A stretch of 63,727 nucleotides of DNA, filler included, from Phoronis australis (lineage: Eukaryota; Animalia; Phoronida): NCBI GenBank assembly GCA_002633005.1. It is 10 parts of 10 records of this genome, joined end to end, with 100 filler letters (N's around TTAATTAATTAA, not from the genome) between each part and the next. Parts side by side here need not be neighbours in the genome. Positions count along the whole stretch, not along the records: positions 11,773 to 32,985 come from NMRA01001414.1; positions 33,086 to 46,998 come from NMRA01000779.1; 8 more parts are not named here. One strand, written 5' to 3'. The first letter of the stretch is position 1. The number at the start of each line of letters is the position of its first letter. This document shows positions 24,891 through 38,504 of this stretch, one piece after another. A model generated the notes under the pieces. The model was not told the DNA's origin and did not search any database. It worked only from the letters and a program-made list of their open reading frames with translations. The translations under genes and the position numbers were made by a program.

Positions 24891-26865
24891 AACCCAAGGC
24901 CAGACTCAATGGTCGTACAAGTAAGACCTTGTTCTATGTTCAGATAGAGTTGAGCTTGTGTAGACTGGGTGGAGTGGGATCTGGGTCGAGGGGGTCGAGC
25001 GGGTAGTGGGACGAGAGGGTCAAGAGGTGTGGGCGTCGCGGGGGTCTCAGAACAATCCCGTTTTGTCTTATGCCAGTTGACGACGATATGGCCATTGCTG
25101 CATTTTAATTAATATATTTTTGTTGTACTTTAATTTGACGTAGCTGTTCGATTTGCGAATGGCCTATGCGTTTAGCCCATCGATTGTGTAAAATAACCTT
25201 ACCATGTAGTCGGGTACGTCGTTGGTCATGACTTGTGAGTTCACGTTGTGTCAAGGCGACTAAACATGGAGATTAAAATTCCCAAGCATCCGGCGCAGAC
25301 AGCAACTGAAGTTGAAATATACATGTAATGGCCAAGGCACATTGGGTTAACTGTTGATCCGATCGGAACTAGTCTGAAGAAGCGGTCCCGATTTAAACCC
25401 CCATAACTTTTTCAATTTTTAATTTAGAATCATGTTTTCAGTATTCAAGTACTTTCCATTAAATGTATCTCAAAGTAACATTAACCGTATTGACATAATA
25501 CCGTAACACCTCGCAAACAAGCCACAATGCCTGGACTAGAGTGTGGAGCAGCAGATGGGTCTGAATGGAACTAAAATGGTGTATGCCAGTGACGTCTTTT
25601 TGGTCACGACATAAAGAAAGCGTACCCCTTAATCAGTTACATATCATTGTGGAGATAATTTGTTTATTTCGGATGCGTGTGGTTAATGTAGGCTACAATG
25701 TATCAATAAAACGAGCCACAAAAACTCAAGAATAGTAAACATCATTGATAGTGGATTTGCGTGCTTGCGCCTTGGAGCACTACACAAAAAAGACCTACAT
25801 ATGTATTTATCTAGTCCAAACAGACATTAAGCTTGAACATAAAACAACCAGCTCAGAGTGGATAAATACACAAAACGTACCCAGAGTGGCGTACATGTAT
25901 ATGAAATATCCCACGACATTTTATTCCGTGTATCAACCGAGTGAACTTGTAACATCTCCTGGAAATAGTTAAAAAACAACAACATTTGGAATTTTAATTT
26001 CTTAGGAATTGGCGCCTGAGTTTCAGACGATAATTGAAAACTGAGGCATCAGTGTCTTTTAATTAACAGTTTTGTTCCAGAATTTACGTTTAGGGCCTGG
26101 TTGCATATCGAGTGTTAGTCACTCTGCTGTAACTGTTTTGCTATAAATTATTTTCGGAAAGTTCGATGATTGAATCGGCTGAAGACGTCTAACCGACATT
26201 TACCTACCACTTCGCTGTTGAATTAGTGCGGGAGGTCAATACGGAAAACTTTATTACATGGCCGTATTTCCCTCCACAGATTTAACGCGCATGAGATAAA
26301 TCGTCGACTTGAACTGATGCAGCGCGTGCTTGACCTAAAAAGTATCCAATAGTATCATTGATCGTGTCATATTGGCAGAATACCGTAACAGAAACAGTAT
26401 TTGTAGGTTAACAACCGCTGACTTTTCTTTTAGTTCTGAGAACCTCCGGTAGGTGTAGCTGTACACTTGCATTCATGACTTACAGCTGTAAAGTTTCGTT
26501 ATTTTCGTCTACTGGAAACTAATTCAACAAAAGCAATTTTTTTCTAAGTCGAATCTCGCAGGTTTAGATGTTGTGGCGAATGAGTTTGAGATCCTCCAAA
26601 GTTTGCCTTTCATTTTCACTGTTGATACAATTTGATGACCTGTGTCTTTCATAAATTTTTGAAAAATCAGCATAATAAACATTGGTCCGAAGCATCGTCT
26701 AACAGATCAGAAATAATGCGTATTGTCGCGCCTTTAGAGATAAACATAATGGATACTCACCGTAGCCTAATCCTGTCTCTCAAGCTTAGAAGTGTAGCCT
26801 GCATATATACACGTACCGTAGGAAGGAACATTGATTTTCGTTGTTGAGGCACAAAGAGGATTCTG

Positions 26866-27735
26866 CTGCGTTTTTAGACACATTATACTACGCTTGCTTT
26901 TAGACACATTATACTACGCTTGTTTTTAGACAACTTACACTACGCTTGTTTTTAGACACATTACACTACGCTTGTTTTTAGACACATTACACTACGCTTG
27001 TTTTAAGATACATTACACTGCGCTTGTTTTAAGACACAATACAGTACGCTTGTGTTTAGACACATTACACTACGCTTGTTTTTAGACACATTACACTACG
27101 CTTGTTTTAAGACGCATTACACTACGTTTGTTTTTAGACACATTACGCTACGCTTTTTGTTAGACACATTACACTACGCTTGTTCTTAGACACATTATAC
27201 TACGCTTGTGTTTAGACACATTCCACTACGCTTGTTTTTAGACACATTATACTACGCTTGTTTTTTAGACACATTACACTACGCTTGTTTTAAGACACAT
27301 TACAGTACGCTTGTTTTTAGACACATTGCAGTACGCTTGTGTTTAGACACATTACACTACGTTTGTTCTTAGACACATTACACTACGCTTGTTTTTAGAC
27401 ACAATACACTACGCTTGTTTTTAGACACATTATACTACGCTTGTTTTAGACACATTACACTACGCTTGTTTTTAGACACATTACAGTGTGCTTGTGTTTA
27501 GACACATTACACTACGCTTGTTGTTAGACACATTATACTACGCTTGTTTTTAGACACATTACAGTACGCTTGTGTTTAGACACATTACACTACGCTTGTT
27601 TTTAGACACATTACACTACATGTACGCTTGTTCTTAGACACATTACACTACGCTTGATGTTAGACACATTATACTACGCTTGTTTTTAGACACATTACGC
27701 TACGCTTGTTTTAGGACACATTACACTACGTTCGT
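26866..27735. repeat. Minisatellite, 26-bp unit TTTAGACACATTACACTACGCTTGTT, about 33 copies
   Basis: Head-to-tail units with no spacers. Confidence 0.95.
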
Positions 27736-28250
27736 TTCAAAAATGCGTGTTTTAGTAGAGCGTACTTAGAATTAAGGTCGCATCTGTTATAGATACATTA
27801 ATAGGAAAAAGTGCAGCGGACATAGCGATCGACAATGCCGAGAACAATGATCATGTTAAAAGTTGATAATCATTGCCTGCATTTTGTGAAATATGTTTAC
27901 AAAACAGGACGCAAGCTAACTATGACACGAATACTTCCATGTTAAAAGCGTGCTCAGTTTTATTGTGAAAACGTTTATGAAACAATTATCTAAAATAGTT
28001 TTCACTTGTATTACTGCGATAGCAAAATAGTCTATATTCTAGTTGTTTCGGGGTGAGTTGAGTAGTAGTGTGCAGCTGCAGCCCTATACATTTGGATAAA
28101 TGTGGAACGGCTTTGTCTTCATGGCGAATAGAATTTAAAATTCTACGACCAGTAAATTTCAGTCAATGATCGAGGACAGACAATACCTGACCAATAGACA
28201 AGATTAAAAGGTACATAATGCTTCTAAACATACTTGCTTCATTTTCGATT

Positions 28251-28360
28251 GGAAATACAACGACCCAGAAAAAAAAAACAACGACCCAGGATATAAAACG
28301 ACCCAGGAAATACAACGACCCAGGAAATACAACGACCCAGGAAATACAACAACCCAGGAA
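28251..28360. repeat. Short tandem array of GAAATACAACGACCCAG-type units (about 18-bp period), about 6 copies
   Basis: Direct. Confidence 0.85.
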
Positions 28361-31289
28361 TTCGACCAATAGGCATACATTTACATGTATGCTGGAGATA
28401 TGCTTGTACACAGTGGGGCAAGGTGGAAAGAATGACAAATGAAAGGGGTAACAGGAATGACAAGCACACATGTGTAACGTGCGGCGCGACCCTGTGTGCT
28501 GTTTTTTCAAGCCAGGCTCCAAAGTGCAATCAATCGAGACTCCGATGAGTGTACTTTCCATCACAGCACAATATGCTCTACGTACAGAATTGACGTGTTT
28601 TCGACAATTTCTTGACGGATGATCTTTCGTTCGTGATATTTCAGAAAATGATCCTGGGTGGCACCATTTTGAAGATGCATAGCTAAAACGAGTAAGACTG
28701 CAAACGGTGCGACCAATACAACATTGTTTGGCATTCTTTCACAGGGCCCAGGAATCCCTAAACAACACTACCCTGGGCAACGGGGCGAATTTTCACTTAA
28801 GAAATGTTATTTTGCATGACCAAGTTGGAAGACGTCATCTTCCCATAATAAATAATAACATCAAAGTAATCTTCAGGCTTACAAAGTTTAACACTCAGTA
28901 ATGATTTATTTTTTAATGGCGTGTTCGCCTTGGGGGTAATTTTTGGACATGACATTTTTTGCAAAATTCGTTTTTGGTCACATCAGTCTGACGTGCAGGG
29001 ACTTTCATATTTAATTCTGGACATGAATCACTTAATAATTGTGTGGTCTAGGTAAGCATTGTGTACCCATTATTCACCAGTGTTTGTCTTTTATGATTTA
29101 TTTCCTTATAGACCTTAAGAGTGCAGTACACTTCAGAACAGGCAAAACTCCATGCAGGGGTGATAAACCCTATGTGACGGATTTGGACATATTATGCAGT
29201 TTTGTTTACTTTCTTATGGTAATTTCTAAAATGCACTTTAAACAAATTCTATCGCGTTAGGTAGCTTAATAGTCGGGTACCTCACTTTTCACTGAAAACC
29301 ACTATCAGAAGTTACCCCAATAATCACAGTTTTTGTGACATTGTAAGTAATTACAGAAGCTATTAGAAAATGAAATAGCTACTGTTTTGTATAAAGTCAT
29401 CCATTGTCTTCCTAAAAATGAAAAATAAAAGTGTCAAGTTGCACCTTAAATTACACATTTTGGGGTTTGAAGGGTCATGGGGTCATACTAGCAGAAAACA
29501 TAGATAACTTGCCAAGGTTTGAATGAGTCAATCTCAGCTGAAGTCAAATTTTACACTTTGAAACTTAATTGTGGGTTTGATCTATCTTAGTAGAATAGAT
29601 ATTTTGCATCAAAACCACCGGCAAACACATGTCTTCATATAGTAATGAGCAATTGTTCGCAGCCACCTTGTGACAATAGCTACTAGTCATCGAAAATGTT
29701 GAGTTTTGAGATTTAAAAGTGCTCAAATGGTTGTTATATTATTGGGCTTATTTCTTAGCAAATAAAATTCGATAAAATTTTTTTACTGTGAATTACCATT
29801 TTGATGAAGAGCCCTTCAGGTGTCTCTGATATCACTGAAGAAAAAATGGCTGATGAGGGGGTGGAAGTAGTTAATATAGTGTGTTCGTTGGCATAATCCT
29901 TCAACTCTGGTTTATGGAGCTTCAAAGGAATATCGAAACCATGCAGCAAGCAATTGAAGCACTAACTGATTGCAGCACGTCCATAGCAAGCCATCTGAAA
30001 TATGTTAAAGTCACCGACCCACTGTCGTTGAGTGACACTGAGTGACTGCTGAGACTGAAAGTGGAAGCTGATTCTTGCCAGGGTAAGAGTGGGCTTGTTT
30101 ACAACAGTTTGCCCCCGCCCCCACCACCACCCAGTTTGTGAAAATCGTCGATCTCAGCATGGAATCAGATGGAGGCCAAGTAAAAGTAAGATATGTGCCC
30201 ACGTTCAACATCAGAAAGGCTCTAAGCCAAAGGCCAAGCTTGAGTTTGGAATGTAAGTGGAAATACAGTCAACAAAGAATTTCTGGAAGAACAGAATGTA
30301 TCGATTCCAGTTGGGTCAGGTAAGTTGTTATGCAGCTGCAGGTCATCAATACTCTATACCTGTTGATATTTGCTTTCTCAACTAGATTCTGACTGCAGTC
30401 GCCATGAAGGGCACAACCCTACATCAAGTTAAGCGACACTCGAGTACTAGAGTAACTTTCGTAACTTCTTCCAGTACTAACTTGTATTAGTAAAATTTCA
30501 CTTTATCTCAATATTTAGGGTTTGTCGAAATACATTCCACTTTATGAATATGCATGTGTAAAAAGTGGAAATTTGGTGTCCAGTATCAAAAAATTTAATC
30601 GAGTCCTTGTCTCCTAGCTGACACCAATTTCTCATCTAATTCACCTGTAGTCACTTCTGATTGGTCACATTGCTCTATCTGTATAACCAGAGATACATAA
30701 TTTTCCAAATATGCAGTAGAACCCCATTACAATGTGGCCTAATTTAATTAAAATATCTAAAGTTTTAACACCGTTCAGGTCCCTAATACCTGAAGCATTC
30801 AACCTCATGAACATGACTGGAGAAAACATTTGGGGATTCAAAATACAGCATTCTATTGGGAGTTCTGTTATGCCTACTTTCCATAAAATTCTATTACAGG
30901 TCTGTGCAGAAATTGTAAGCGTTTACCAAAGAAGTTAGCCACTGTTGTTAAGCTTACTACAGAAAGAGTACTAGTAAGTAGTTAGTTAATGAATTGGAGT
31001 GATTGTTACACAAAACCTTTTTCTGAGATTCTTGGTTCCAGGATTAAGTGCATCAACATTTAATGATAGCAAAACAGTAGTTGTAGTAGATTTTTATTTC
31101 AATTGTATTGTGGTTGCTTATAAACCTCATAGACAAATAAAAATGCCGTGCATTCAGCGAATTTTGCGTCTCTGAAGTTTAACTACACAAGTTGTCCATA
31201 GTTACAGAAGTATGTAACTACACGGTTGCGCAAATTGTCTCAAATATAAACAGGGATGGTGGGCTTGTATAGCACACATCACGAATTTT

Positions 31290-31472
31290 TGGCCGCCCGG
31301 TCGGAAATTGGTCGACGACTAGCCGTCGACCGGTCGGCTAATTTGCCGACCGGTCGGCTAAAAATTAGCCGACCGCCAGCCGCCCGCAGTGCCGACTCAT
31401 AAGGCGACTCCCCAGCCGACCCTTCAGCCGACCCTTCAGCCGACCGGCCATCAGCCGACCAGCTGGTCGGCT
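31290..31472. repeat. GC-rich palindromic GCCGACC/GGTCGGC cluster, probably a transposon subterminal fragment
   Basis: Many GCCGAC motifs in both orientations, including GCCGACCGGTCGGC and AGCCGACCAGCTGGTCGGCT palindromes. Confidence 0.7.
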
Positions 31473-34063
31473 GCTATTTTTAGGCTAGAGTAGCAGTTGC
31501 GTAATAGGTTGTCAGGCTGATACCACTTTGCGTGTCGATGCATATTCGTCTTAGCACAGGGTCAAATAAATTAACCTAGTTTTACTGTCTCGGTTACATG
31601 AGTTCACGTCGGTTGTGTAATACCACTAATTCGAAGGTTGAAGGCAAGCGGTAATAGTAAACATTGGATTATGGACAATGCAACAAGTTTTGGATGAAAA
31701 ACGTGAAAGTTTTCTTTACATTTGATCTTTAATTTGACTCGTGACGTTAACAAGATGTATTAGATCGGTTGCTTCCCGGTCAATACAACGCTGTAGTCAT
31801 TTTGTAAACGCAGCTATTTTAGCAGTCTTCGCCCGCAGTTGATTTCAAGTTGTTTGTGTAACGCCAAACTGCATCTTTTTGCGTTTTTTTAAGTTAGTCA
31901 CCGGTCTCCTGTCACGCGCCCATGATGATGGATTAGTGAGTGAGTTCTTACACCGCGAAAAGCTCTCACTCCAGGGATTTTATTTTCATAGTATTGACCC
32001 TTGCAGTACAGACGCGAAATTCACGGTCCAGTATGCCCTAAACCCACGGACTTCGATGGCTCTAACTTCGAAATCATATTATGGTTACGATTTCCACGAA
32101 CTAAGACGGTGACATCACCACTGTTGAGGCTACAGCAAAGTAGCCTTGCGCATTCCGTTTTCAGTGTATCGGTGACGTTAAAATCTGGGCTAGCAGTTAC
32201 ATGTATACACGTAGGCCCCTATCAGTTGGTCGTTCACGTTGTTCCAAAAATAAATATTTTCTGTCAACAACATATTGACAAATTATGCAAAATAAAACAA
32301 TTGTGAACGGCAAGATGTGAATACGTGGTGAAGAGGTATTTGTCTCTACGCGGCACATGTGCGTGAAACTTTGGTAAAGCGATTGCGATGGCAAAAAATG
32401 ATAGAAAATACACAAAGGTGCACTTTTGAGAAGCAAAGCGTCTGGTGATCTTGATAGCGTACATGTATGATCTGGACACCTCAGGTAGTAAGTGACGCTG
32501 AATGAGAAGTGGTAACTACATGTTTGGCGCGAAAATAAAAAAATCATGCTTGTATTGCCAGCCACGCCCCTCCCCGAATTTTGCACATTCTAATGAGTCA
32601 CCACTCGAGATTTGGTTCCCTTTCAGTCCTAAAATCGCATAATAATTCTGTGCTCAGCTGTAAGAAAAAATTCAATTTTTTGAAACGGTGCTCAGTCTTA
32701 ATAAAGTTTCCAGCATGAGAGCGCTTTGATCAGAAAGGCCAAGCACACGCAGAGTTGTAAGACAGAGACGTTGGCGTTTCCGCATGTCTACAAAAGTGTT
32801 TTGAGCAGTGTGTACAAATGTGTTCATTTCGCTTTTCTGCACTGACGACTATGATCAACACGGTGTTTTAACTACACTTTTGAGTGCATTTTCAAAATAA
32901 ATGTTTGGTTGGTGAATTCAGAGAGTCGGTGCCCACGGGCAGGAAAACGTATCTGCGTAAATAAAGAGTTGCGTTTTCAAAACATNNNNNNNNNNNNNNN
33001 NNNNNNNNNNNNNNNNNNNNNNNNNNNNNTTAATTAATTAANNNNNNNNNNNNNNNNNNNNNNNNNNNNNNNNNNNNNNNNNNNNATGTATATAGCACCA
33101 ATATAATTTTCAAAATATAAAAATGCACATACCGATGAAAGGACAAACCTACTGACCTAATTAATATATCAGAACTGAGATATGCACATTAAATAGATTT
33201 GCAAGTCCTGACAACTTGTCAAAGGCACATGCATACTATGCATACTATGCATACTATCCACAATTTCAACCAACACTTAACTTTCCACAAACAATAATAT
33301 GAAAATTTAGCATTTGTAATCACGGAGTTGAAAAAATGACAGCAGCATGAATAGAAAGTCAAACTGACAAAAGTATTTAATAAAACTCCCATACATTGTC
33401 AATCAAATGTCAATAATTTCAAAAATTCAAACCTTTGTGAAGCTCAAAAAATCAAATCTAGTTTATTTTCAATTGCTAACAGGTGAAAACATATCAACAA
33501 TGGTAAAAACAAAACAAGGGTTCAGTAATTCACACAAATATCCCTAATTGCTTGCAACCAGTAACAGCAATATGAAGGTCGTAAAGTCGCTGCAGGTATG
33601 TCTCATTAATGAAAAACAAATTAAGCACAATTGTCCTTTTTTTAGAAAATGAAATTGGTAGTTTTAAGATGCTCACTTTTTCAAATAAAAGATAACTGGG
33701 AAAATCAAAATTGATGCAAGAATTTATTATTCATTATTCTTCTTTTTTGTTTTGAAGATGAAATCGGTGGTCAGAAGTTTCTAAATGTTTACGTTTTCAA
33801 AAAAATCATTAAACACCAGTACACCTGCACTGAGTCAGTACAGCTGTACTGAGTCAGTGCAGGTGTACCGACTCAATGAAGGCTAGGCTTTAACCACTTT
33901 AGTCACTACTAGTGAATCACTTCCTGAACTTGAACATTAACTATACTGGCTCAGGTTAAAGGACATGTGACTTTACCTACAACACCAATGCAAGATTCAT
34001 AATACCAGTTTGATTGACAGGTGTCTCACTGACATGTTTACATATGGCAATAACTGCTATTTC

Positions 34064-34185
34064 AATGATCAAACTATTAACAGATGAAGATGCAAACAAT
34101 GACCAAACTATTAACAGATGGAGATGCAAACAATGGCCAAACTGTTAACAGATGGAGATACAAACAATAACCAAACTAAATAACA
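34064..34185. repeat. 34-bp tandem repeat, about 3.5 copies, in the ZF gene 3' region
   Basis: AATGACCAAACTATTAACAGATGGAGATGCAAAC units. Confidence 0.85.
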
Positions 34186-34352
34186 AGTCACATGCCCACC
34201 TTGCAAAAGACAAAAACAAAACCACCAAAAGTTTCTCTGCATCATTAAGGGGACCGCCCAGCAGGTCAACAAATAAGACAGTGATAGACAGGTGATGACA
34301 AAACTGTTGATTCCCCCCTGTCCACAAGTCAGACAGCGGGCACTGCACTGCG

Positions 34353-34490
34353 TTAGCTACTGGTATTTGGGACAATTTCCGGCACGGGGAACAAAGGAGG
34401 GTTGGACACGTGTGGCGTGGCGACAACAGACTTTAGAGGGGCTCCTGCCTTGCTATCAGCCTCGCTGGTCGATGTATCTTCCAGTTTCAC
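34353..34490 (-). CDS. C2H2 zinc-finger gene, terminal exon (VKLEDTSTSEAD...PNTSS*)
   Basis: tttacag acceptor, phase 0, 46 codons ending TAA. Confidence 0.75.
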   Translation of the reverse strand: MKLEDTSTSEADSKAGAPLKSVVATPHVSNPPLFPVPEIVPNTSS

Positions 34491-34750
34491 CTGTAAATGA
34501 ACGGCTAAAACTGTACTTTCCACTACAAACTGAAGCTAAATCCAGATATCAGTTAAGTTCATTATTAAGTGTTCATGCATTCTTTAGTCTGGCATCTCGC
34601 ATGGTTCAACAAGGTTTGGAAGGTCAGATGAGTAAGTCTAATAAGGCTGTAAGCTCAGCCCACTGTTATTCAAATAATGGCAACCTCTTCTACCTTTCAA
34701 TCCATGCCAGATCTACTTCTTCTCTCCCTCACACACTGTCACTAAGTAGG

Positions 34751-34976
34751 AGAGTGTACACCTGATGTGAACACATGGATGTGAGTACAGAGTGTACACC
34801 TGATCTCAACACATGCATGTGAGTACAGAGTGTACACTTGATCTCAACACATGGATGTGTGTACAGAGTGTACACCTGATCTCAACACATGCATGTGTGT
34901 ACAGAGTGTACACCTGATCTCAACACATGCATGTGTGTACAGAGTGTACACCTGATCTCAACACATGCATGTGTGT
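34751..34976. repeat. Intronic 38-bp minisatellite, about 6 copies
   Basis: GTACAGAGTGTACACCTGATCTCAACACATGCATGTGT units. Confidence 0.9.
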
Positions 34977-35052
34977 GCACAGCCATATATACAAATGTCT
35001 ATTATGAGCCAACTCAGAGAGGATTACGCACATTTAATAAAGGCTGGCTCAC

Positions 35053-35227
35053 CTTAACTACGTTGCCTCCTAGGTCAGCCAACTTGCGCTGTAAGTTAGC
35101 GAGGTCTCGTTCCTCCTGCTGGGCAATGATGTACAATTGTCGTCCAGAGGGACATGACCGACGTGATGCTGCTTTGGCCTTGGCCGCAGCTCTGGCCGAG
35201 CCTGGGTCTGTCAAACTAGTCAGATCA
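35053..35227 (-). CDS. ZF gene exon (DLTSLTDPGSARAAAKAK...LANLQRKLADLGGNVVK)
   Basis: gttccag acceptor, GTGAG donor, phases 2 to 0 consistent. Confidence 0.8.
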
Positions 35228-35970
35228 CTGGAACAACAAGATTCCGAACATCTTTCAGTGAAATGAGTCAAGAATTTAAAAATATAGATACCGGTATAGT
35301 ACATGCCAAATATCCAACAAAATTACCTAGGAAAAGGTAGTCATGATGACAAATGTTATGACAATGACACAGAAATGGAATTTTGTCTCTTTATTTTTGG
35401 CATGCACTAAAATTTTCCCAAGTACACTAACTTTTATTTACACCAGGCCCTGTCTTTCTTGAAGCTCAGTCTTCCACTCAAATCAAAACTACCAATTGCA
35501 CAGCATGACAAGGTTAAAGGTCAGAGACTTTCAAAATTTTCCCAAACAACATTCATGTTTTTGACCCCTTCACTCATTCCACCTTAAAGACAACAGATGG
35601 CATGGCAGTATATTTGCATTCAGAGTTAGTTGCTGACTAAATGTAAAAACACAAAAACTGAAAGGTGAATGTTGATGTGAAGAGGCACAAAATCTAACTT
35701 TTTATTTTGGGTTTAAATTTAACATTGTCAGGATATCCCCTAATCACTATCGAATAAAATTGAAGACAGTAAACTTGCACAACACAAGGCAATCAAAGAA
35801 ATTCCGAAAAGGTTCAAACATGCACGCTAATGGAAACATTAAATCAACAGTTTTGGAAGAGCATGGGAAAATATTTTTTTTGGAAAGTACAAATGTTTAT
35901 TAAATTAATCTTTTTTGAATGTATGGATGAAAAATATAAATGTGTGGAAGCATTTTCCATTTAATAGGGC

Positions 35971-36027
35971 ATCCACCTGTTGAGTGACTATCCACCTGTT
36001 GAGTGACTATCCACCTGTTGAGTGACT
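35971..36027. repeat. 19-bp unit ATCCACCTGTTGAGTGACT x3
   Basis: Direct. Confidence 0.9.
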
Positions 36028-36260
36028 TTACCAGATGTAGAGCGGTTGTGAGCTTGTGATAACATACAACTTTTTCGTTAACTGTCGAGCACAGTCTTTT
36101 GCTTTATATGACAGGCATGCAGGTATCATCTCAGGTAACAATGTCCCTGCCTACCCTGGTATCCCGGTAGTCTGACTGATTAAGTCAAGAGAACTCAAGC
36201 GGGCACTTTCTTACATACCAACTATTTCAACTTATTCTCAATATTACAAAATAATCGTAC

Positions 36261-36444
36261 ATATGTTCCTGATGAACATCGGCCAGATGTTGCTGCAACA
36301 GCACATAACTGGGGAACATGGCGCCACACGTGACACACGCCTTCTCCTGACGCATGCGGTGCATACGAGACTTTTGGTGTCGGTTCAGATCTGACTGGGT
36401 CACACAACTGTACTTGCACAGCTCACATTGGAACGCACGGATAC
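36261..36444 (-). CDS. ZF gene exon with two C2H2 fingers (FQCELC...RHQKSRMH; CVTC...QHLADVH)
   Basis: ttaccag acceptor, GTACG donor, phases 1 to 2 consistent. Confidence 0.88.
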
Positions 36445-36468
36445 CTGGTAAAGGATAAAGTGTGTGGT

Positions 36469-36716
36469 TACAGTCAATCATGTTACCTGATATCTCTACA
36501 AGACAGTCAGTGTCTTGGACATCACGTGAATACAGTCAGCCATGTTACCTGATATCTCTACAAGACAGTCAGTGTCTTGGACATCACGTGAATACAGTCA
36601 GCCATGTTACCTGATATCTCTACAAGACAGTCAGTGTCTTGGACATCACGTGAATACAGTCAGCCATGTTACCTGATATCTGTACAAGACAGTCAGTGTC
36701 TTGGACATCACGAGAA
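36469..36716. repeat. Intronic 62-bp tandem repeat, about 4 copies
   Basis: Direct periodicity. Confidence 0.9.
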
Positions 36717-37936
36717 TATGTACTGTAGTCAGCTCAATTATAAACACTCAAAATTTGACAATTGCTTTCTATTTGAAAAGTAACATTCTTTGAAAAAATA
36801 CCTTTGAAAACACTTGTTTTGGTTCATGTTCTTGGTCAAAATTCTTTGGATTTTTTCACCACAAGTTAGTGCAATGATAAGGCCATGGACGACAGTTGAG
36901 TGACAGCTTCAAGATTCACTGGCATTAATTTGATTTATTTTGGGTTTACGTAAATAGTGATACAGAGGACTTTAATTGAGAACATTACATTATTTTCTAT
37001 GAAAACACAAAAACATAGTTTTACATGAAAAAGAAACATAAATAAGCACTTGTCCATTCAAAGCCTATCAAATGAACCAATGACATAACTGTAACTCAAA
37101 GATAATTTTTCCACTTTTTTCTCAAATCGTTCTTTTCCCGCCCGTTTCTCAGAATGTTCGGCTACCAAACATGAGTAGATGGTCCAAACAAAGAACATAA
37201 TTTAGTCCCATCCACACACAGCCTAACCTAGAACAACTTGCACAAGTACAACTTACTTCACTTTTGAGTGGAGCGTCCACACTCACACACATAATGACTA
37301 GGGTAAGGCATAAGTTGTCGCTCTGGGCATGATAATGAATGCCAAATGGGATTACGCGGTGCAAAAGAACACCTGTCTGTATGTAAGTGCAGCTGATAAT
37401 TACTTCTGCCTTGCCCCAGACTTGTGGCAACACAACAATTACAAGTGCTGTATGTTACCCTAGAACAAGTTACCCCACCTCAATAATGTGGAGTATGTTG
37501 TCACAAGATGGGGTAAGTTGCATGAGCTTAGATAGCGTCCACACAGCCCTCAAACCTAGCAACAACTAGCTCCATGAGTAACTTGTTCTAAGGTAAGTGT
37601 GCAGCACTTAGTCGTTCACTCACCCTTATGCCTCATCATATGAACTTTCAGTTGACTCTTGGTGCGAGCGCTGTAGTCACAGAACTCACAATTGTACGGT
37701 CGACGGTCTACAACATGGTAAAAAGGTCAACTCATGGAAAAGTAGGTCAACTCAGTTCAAGCACAGTTTACATTACACTTACACAACTCAAGGTTTCATG
37801 TTCATCATGGACCAGTGCCATATTTGAATAAGACTTCAAAGCTGCAGCCCTGTGATGACTTGATACATTGCGTTACTTCACTGACCTCTAGTGGACTGTT
37901 CACAATTATCACCGTTTTCATGAATGCATAAAACTT

Positions 37937-38232
37937 ACATGATAACGAATGAGAGGGTGGAGGGATCCTGTTAGTGTATGTAAGTGACATGATAATGAAT
38001 GAGAGGTTGGAGGGATCCTGCTAGTGTATGGGACTGACATGACAAAGAATGAGAGGGATGAGGATCCTGCTAGTGTATGTGAGTGACATGACAATGAATG
38101 AGGGTGGAGGGGTCCTGCTAGTGTATGTAAGTGACATGACAATGAATGAGGGTGAAGGGGTCCTGCTAGTGTATGTGAGTGACATGACAATGAATGAGGG
38201 TGGAGGGGTCCTGCTAGTGTATGTGAGTGACA
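37937..38232. repeat. Intronic 48-bp tandem repeat, about 6 copies
   Basis: GACATGACAATGAATGAGGGTGGAGGGGTCCTGCTAGTGTATGTGAGT units. Confidence 0.9.
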
Positions 38233-38504
38233 CAATAAGTTGGTGAGGTGTAAACAATACACCTTTAATGTCGTCTTAAATCAACACATTCAAAAATCTT
38301 TCTCATAATCTTTGTAATTCATATAAATGTACAGGCAGGAACACATGTAGGTGAGAACACGTAAACGTAGGAACAACATGACTGAAGTATAAAGCAATAG
38401 ACTAAAATCAGTAGTGGGAAGTGAAGCAAAACTGTATCAATGACTGCTGATCATTATTAAACAAGGAGCACATTTCATTGCACCATTAGGAAAGATTGCC
38501 TCAC

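Noticed and set aside
26866-27735. CRISPR-like array
   Set aside because: Units are head-to-tail with no unique spacers, there are no cas genes, and the context is eukaryotic.
29780-30330. Coding-like + strand stretch (MELQRNIETMQQAIEAL...)
   Set aside because: Multiple stops and no identifiable domain; probably TE interior.
37918-38262. His-rich repetitive ORFs
   Set aside because: Translation of a 48-bp intronic minisatellite.
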